A stretch of DNA of 37,659 nucleotides from a virus. Taxonomy: Duplodnaviria > Caudoviricetes. Numbering within the stretch: the stretch's first letter is position 1; the number at the start of each line of letters is the position of its first letter. A program made the position numbers and the translations under genes. The notes under the pieces were generated by a model. The model made no database searches. It saw only the letters and a program-made list of their open reading frames with translations, and was not told where the DNA came from. The stretch is from positions 1 through 37,659 of the IMG/VR virus record IMGVR_UViG_3300005805_000214. One strand, 5' to 3'. Shown here one piece after another: positions 37,070 to 37,659 of this stretch.

Positions 37070-37092
37070 AGCCCTGCTTGACAGGGCTTTTT
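37070..37092 (+). terminator. Rho-independent terminator (contains the -35 of the next promoter)
   Basis: AGCCCTG-CTTGA-CAGGGCT followed by TTTT. Confidence 0.8.
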
Positions 37093-37106
37093 CTTTATGT
37101 TATAAT
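37078..37106 (+). promoter_or_regulatory. Consensus sigma70 promoter
   Basis: TTGACA-17 nt-TATAAT with extended TG. Confidence 0.8.
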
Positions 37107-37136
37107 TAATACTCTTTCAACTTATTCTAATTACAC

Positions 37137-37418
37137 ATGAATACACTATTATTGAATTGTCGCCCGGGTGCGGTTTTTGACGCAACAAATAAAGAACATC
37201 GCCAGGCCTACTACAATTTCCTAAAGTATTCTACTTGGGGTCGCAGCCCTTATCAATTTATTCTCGAGCCCGGATTCGAAGATATCCCTACCCTTTGTCG
37301 TCATCGCCTTTGTGAATACTACGTGAGCAAAGAATTTGCCGAAACTGCTGCACCTCCTAAAAAAACCAAAAACTCTCATAAACTAACTGTTGTTAAACTG
37401 CCACAAAAAACGGATTGA
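37137..37418 (+). CDS. Hypothetical phage protein
   Basis: RP...FDATNKEHR..Y..FLK..TWG.SPYQFILE motif. Confidence 0.65.
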   Translation: MNTLLLNCRPGAVFDATNKEHRQAYYNFLKYSTWGRSPYQFILEPGFEDIPTLCRHRLCEYYVSKEFAETAAPPKKTKNSHKLTVVKLPQKTD

Positions 37419-37444
37419 CAATAATTACCAATTTTGTATATAAT
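37415..37444 (+). promoter_or_regulatory. Sigma70-type early promoter
   Basis: AAAAAACGGA-TTGACA-18 nt-TATAAT. The upstream context resembles the 9.1-9.8 kb promoter repeats. Confidence 0.65.
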
Positions 37445-37472
37445 AGAAACTGTTAATTTAACGGAGATTGAG

Positions 37473-37659
37473 ATGGGTTTAGACATGTATGCCTATGCGG
37501 CTGCAAAGGCTAACACTGAATGGGACAACAACGATGCTCATCGTGAAATAGCATATTGGCGCAAACATCCTAATCTTCATGGTTGGATGGAAATACTTTG
37601 GAACGAAAAAGGTCGTCCAGGGGTAGAACAAGGTTTTAATGATGCAATGTTCAATGGTA
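37473..37659 (+). CDS. Conserved hypothetical phage protein (3'-truncated)
   Basis: SD GGAG; MGLDMYAY...EIAYWRKHPNLHGWME; runs off the window. Confidence 0.7.
   Translation, partial: MGLDMYAYAAAKANTEWDNNDAHREIAYWRKHPNLHGWMEILWNEKGRPGVEQGFNDAMFNG

Noticed and set aside
1-37659. Bacterial chromosome origin (dnaK, aceA, rpsU, clpS, uvsE, nrdAB)
   Set aside because: These genes are interleaved with PAAR, virion-like genes, a Seg-like endonuclease, T4-late-like boxes and many tiny ORFs. Their usual bacterial operon partners (dnaJ/grpE, aceB, clpA, dnaG) are absent.
1-37659. Alternative genetic code (stop-codon reassignment)
   Set aside because: Conserved genes are uninterrupted and end at the expected positions with TAG (nrdA), TGA (PAAR) and TAA under the standard code.
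1-37659. tRNA, rRNA or CRISPR array
   Set aside because: No cloverleaf/T-loop signature or regularly spaced identical repeats were seen in the short intergenic gaps. This was checked by eye only.

Overview
AT-rich, densely coded segment of a large T4-like/jumbo tailed-phage genome. The host is probably proteobacterial: DnaK and NrdAB look proteobacterial by eye. In order it carries a class Ia nrdA-aceA-nrdB-glutaredoxin-Sm-like-PAAR operon, a SleB-like wall hydrolase, three radical SAM genes, an early-promoter cassette region and virion-like genes. Next come a bS21-dnaK-hsp20-(GIY-YIG)-clpS block and a tailoring-enzyme cluster (2OG-Fe(II) oxygenases, TauD-like, PBP/S11, GT10-like x2, UDP-sugar dehydrogenase, amidinotransferase). 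It ends with a tandem array of small paralogues, uvsE and a phasin-like gene. Most notable observations: (1) nine divergent micro-proteins sharing a C-terminal F-x-D/N...F-x-L-K/R-W/F/Y motif, eight of them in one array; (2) two ORFs missed by the ORF track, an ArfA-like 46-mer and an apidaecin-like Pro-rich 25-mer, found alongside bS21 and many apparently leaderless transcripts, which suggests a phage translation-control toolkit; (3) isocitrate lyase coupled inside nrdAB, plus a phasin-like gene under a PhaR-like operator; (4) ROSE-like thermometer leaders on both dnaK and hsp20. All calls come from motif recognition by eye; no database searches were run.
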